From contig JAHJTE010000003.1 in NCBI GenBank assembly GCA_018830005.1, positions 135,674 through 199,673 of the forward strand: a stretch of DNA of 64,000 nucleotides, read 5' to 3'. Each line of letters starts with the position of its first letter. Positions within the stretch are counted from its first letter, which is position 1. Under the pieces are notes generated by a model. The model was not told the DNA's origin, ran no database searches, and saw only the letters and a program-made list of their open reading frames with translations. The DNA is from Candidatus Omnitrophota bacterium (lineage in GTDB: Bacteria > Omnitrophota > Gorgyraeia > JAHJTE01). Both the position numbers and the translations under genes were made by a program. Below, one piece after another: positions 62,336 to 64,000 of the stretch.

Positions 62336-63913
62336 CTAAATCACCCTGCCTTTAAATGTATCTAAGACATCCTTTAGAAAATCATCTGTCCCGCCCGGCT
62401 CTTGAACCTCTCTATCACCGATAATAACATCTATTCTAATTTTAGCCTGCAGCAGAACTCCTAAAGTCTGCTCAATAAGTTCGCGGTTCTCCTTATGCAC
62501 TAAGAATTCTTTGTGGAAATCTGAGGTCTTAGGAAGAACTAAGGTAATTAGATCCTCCTGGCACTTCTGAGGCTTAGCATCTGCTAGATATGTGGCTACA
62601 GACATCTTCTTCTTGCCAATAGCAATCAGGCATTGCTTCCAGATAGAATTTATCATTTCCAGGCTAACGCTAGCTGTCTCCTTGTTGCCTACATCAGGAG
62701 TATCCTCTTTAGTAGGCTCTTTCTCACTTGAAATCATAAACGAACCACGTTCACTCTTTATAACAGTCGGTATTGTTCTTATAATCGGCTCGACATCAGG
62801 AGCTTTCTTATCTTGATTATGCGCCTTATACGTTAATTTTACAAGAGATACTTCAAGTGGTATACGTAAAGAATTAATTCTCTTTCCCAGCGCCTTAACA
62901 TCAATCAAGACTCCTAAAATATGCAAGATTCTGTCTAGGCTCAATTGTTGGCTCTGTTTGGAAATCGCCTCAATAAATTCTTGAGGTAAATCAACAATGC
63001 CTGTTAATTTAGACGAATCACTAATTCTTGCTATCATAAGATTTCGAAAATGTTCAATTATATTATCCAAAAGCTTACTCAAATCTTTACCACCAGCGAT
63101 TAAGGTATCTAACAGTTTTACCAGTGCAATGCTATCACTTTGAATAATCCTCTTGCTGAATTCAAAAAGTACATCCTGTTCAATTAGGCCTAAGACAGAA
63201 CTTACATCTTTAAGCGATATCTTATCGGCGCTATAAGAGATAAGCTGATCAAGAATCGATTCTGCGTCGCGTAGCGAACCTTCGCAGGCCTTTGCAATGG
63301 AAAGCAGGACTTTTTCATCAATCTTGACATGCTCAGACTTGATTATTTCTTCTAACTTTTGTGTAATCTTTAAGATAGGGATCTTCCTGAAATCAAAACG
63401 CTGACAACGAGACAGGACTGTTGAAGGCACTTTATATGCTTGAGTCGTAGCAAAAATAAATTTAACATGTTCGGGTGGTTCTTCCAGGGTCTTTAGAAGC
63501 GCATTGAACGCCTCAGTAGTAAGCATATGCACTTCATCTATTATATATATCTTGAATCTTCCGGAAGAAGGAGAAAACTTAACATTTTCTCTCAATTGCC
63601 TTATCTCATCAATGCCGCGATTAGAAGCACCATCTATCTCTAAGATATCAAGGTTTGTGCCTTTAGAAATCTCTTCGCAAGTTGAGCATTTATTACAAGG
63701 GTTGGAAGAAATCCCTTTCTGGCAGTTGAGGGCCTTGGCAAGAATGCGGGCGGTAGAAGTCTTTCCCACTCCCCGCGGACCGCAAAAAATATAGGCGTGG
63801 GCTATGCGTTCTGAACTGAGAGCATTCTTGAGTGTTTTTGCGACATGCTCCTGACCTAAAACTTCATCAAAATTTTGTGGTCGCCATTTACGGGCAAAGA
63901 CTATATAAGACAT
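62336..63913 (-). CDS. dnaX: DNA polymerase III subunit gamma/tau
   Basis: RPQNFDEVLGQEHV...GPRGVGKTSTARILAKALNC. Zn module CNKCSTC. DExx box IIDEVHML. Confidence 0.85.
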   Translation of the reverse strand: MSYIVFARKWRPQNFDEVLGQEHVAKTLKNALSSERIAHAYIFCGPRGVGKTSTARILAKALNCQKGISSNPCNKCSTCEEISKGTNLDILEIDGASNRGIDEIRQLRENVKFSPSSGRFKIYIIDEVHMLTTEAFNALLKTLEEPPEHVKFIFATTQAYKVPSTVLSRCQRFDFRKIPILKITQKLEEIIKSEHVKIDEKVLLSIAKACEGSLRDAESILDQLISYSADKISLKDVSSVLGLIEQDVLFEFSKRIIQSDSIALVKLLDTLIAGGKDLSKLLDNIIEHFRNLMIARISDSSKLTGIVDLPQEFIEAISKQSQQLSLDRILHILGVLIDVKALGKRINSLRIPLEVSLVKLTYKAHNQDKKAPDVEPIIRTIPTVIKSERGSFMISSEKEPTKEDTPDVGNKETASVSLEMINSIWKQCLIAIGKKKMSVATYLADAKPQKCQEDLITLVLPKTSDFHKEFLVHKENRELIEQTLGVLLQAKIRIDVIIGDREVQEPGGTDDFLKDVLDTFKGRVI

Positions 63914-64000
63914 GAGATTGGGTAAGATCTAAAGATAGCTTAAAGGAACAACAAAAAAATTATAGCACAACTAAAAAATTTAAACAAGAATAAGTAATCT

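Overview
The window is a low-GC bacterial genome segment; genes with a strong Shine-Dalgarno sequence upstream are noted individually. It is dominated by horizontally acquired DNA lying 3' of a tRNA-Asn(GUU) gene, and that gene is itself interrupted by a 252-nt group I intron.

Three parts are recognisable:

- Part 1, about 0.4-12.6 kb: an arsenic/metal island. It carries an MMPL/RND exporter, a B12-binding radical SAM protein, two secreted Cys-rich metallothionein-like peptides, tandem Acr3 paralogs, CcdA, two thioredoxin-fold proteins, an ArsP-like DUF318 permease and ArsR. It is punctuated by duplicated terminators and a conserved intergenic motif present in 4 copies. Tandem-integration model (findings 5-6): an 18-bp exact tRNA 3'-end copy at the left edge and a degenerate one at about 12.6 kb bracket this island and delimit part 2.
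- Part 2, about 12.6-40.6 kb: a mosaic mobile region. It holds a DUF4238/SEC-C giant protein with nuclease-like and HEPN-motif neighbours, a tyrosine recombinase, an FtsK/HerA-like ATPase, SpoVG, LemA, two inverted DUF2958-like paralogs and Xis. It also holds a tightly coupled 6-gene RM-like operon with a GHKL ATPase upstream. The operon encodes an MTase with an N-terminal HSDR_N nuclease-like domain, an HsdS-like specificity subunit, an Mrr_N wHTH protein, a DndD-like SMC ATPase and a HerA-like ATPase. No SF2 HsdR is present. I consider this the best candidate for an undescribed defense system.
- Part 3, about 40.6-55.6 kb: a compositionally distinct module with an iteron-like noncoding region. 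It encodes an ECF sigma factor, a zf-HC2 anti-sigma factor and an M56-protease sensor with prenyltransferase-type repeats. It also encodes a second FtsK/HerA-like ATPase fused to a topoisomerase-type Zn ribbon, a highly acidic protein, and a large serine recombinase abutting the tRNA.

Right of the tRNA, the sequence looks like core genome. It contains an AmmeMemoRadiSam locus (Memo-AMMECR1 fusion, membrane spermidine-synthase-like protein, rSAM with a Tat-like signal), then recR and dnaX. No CRISPR array or rRNA was found.
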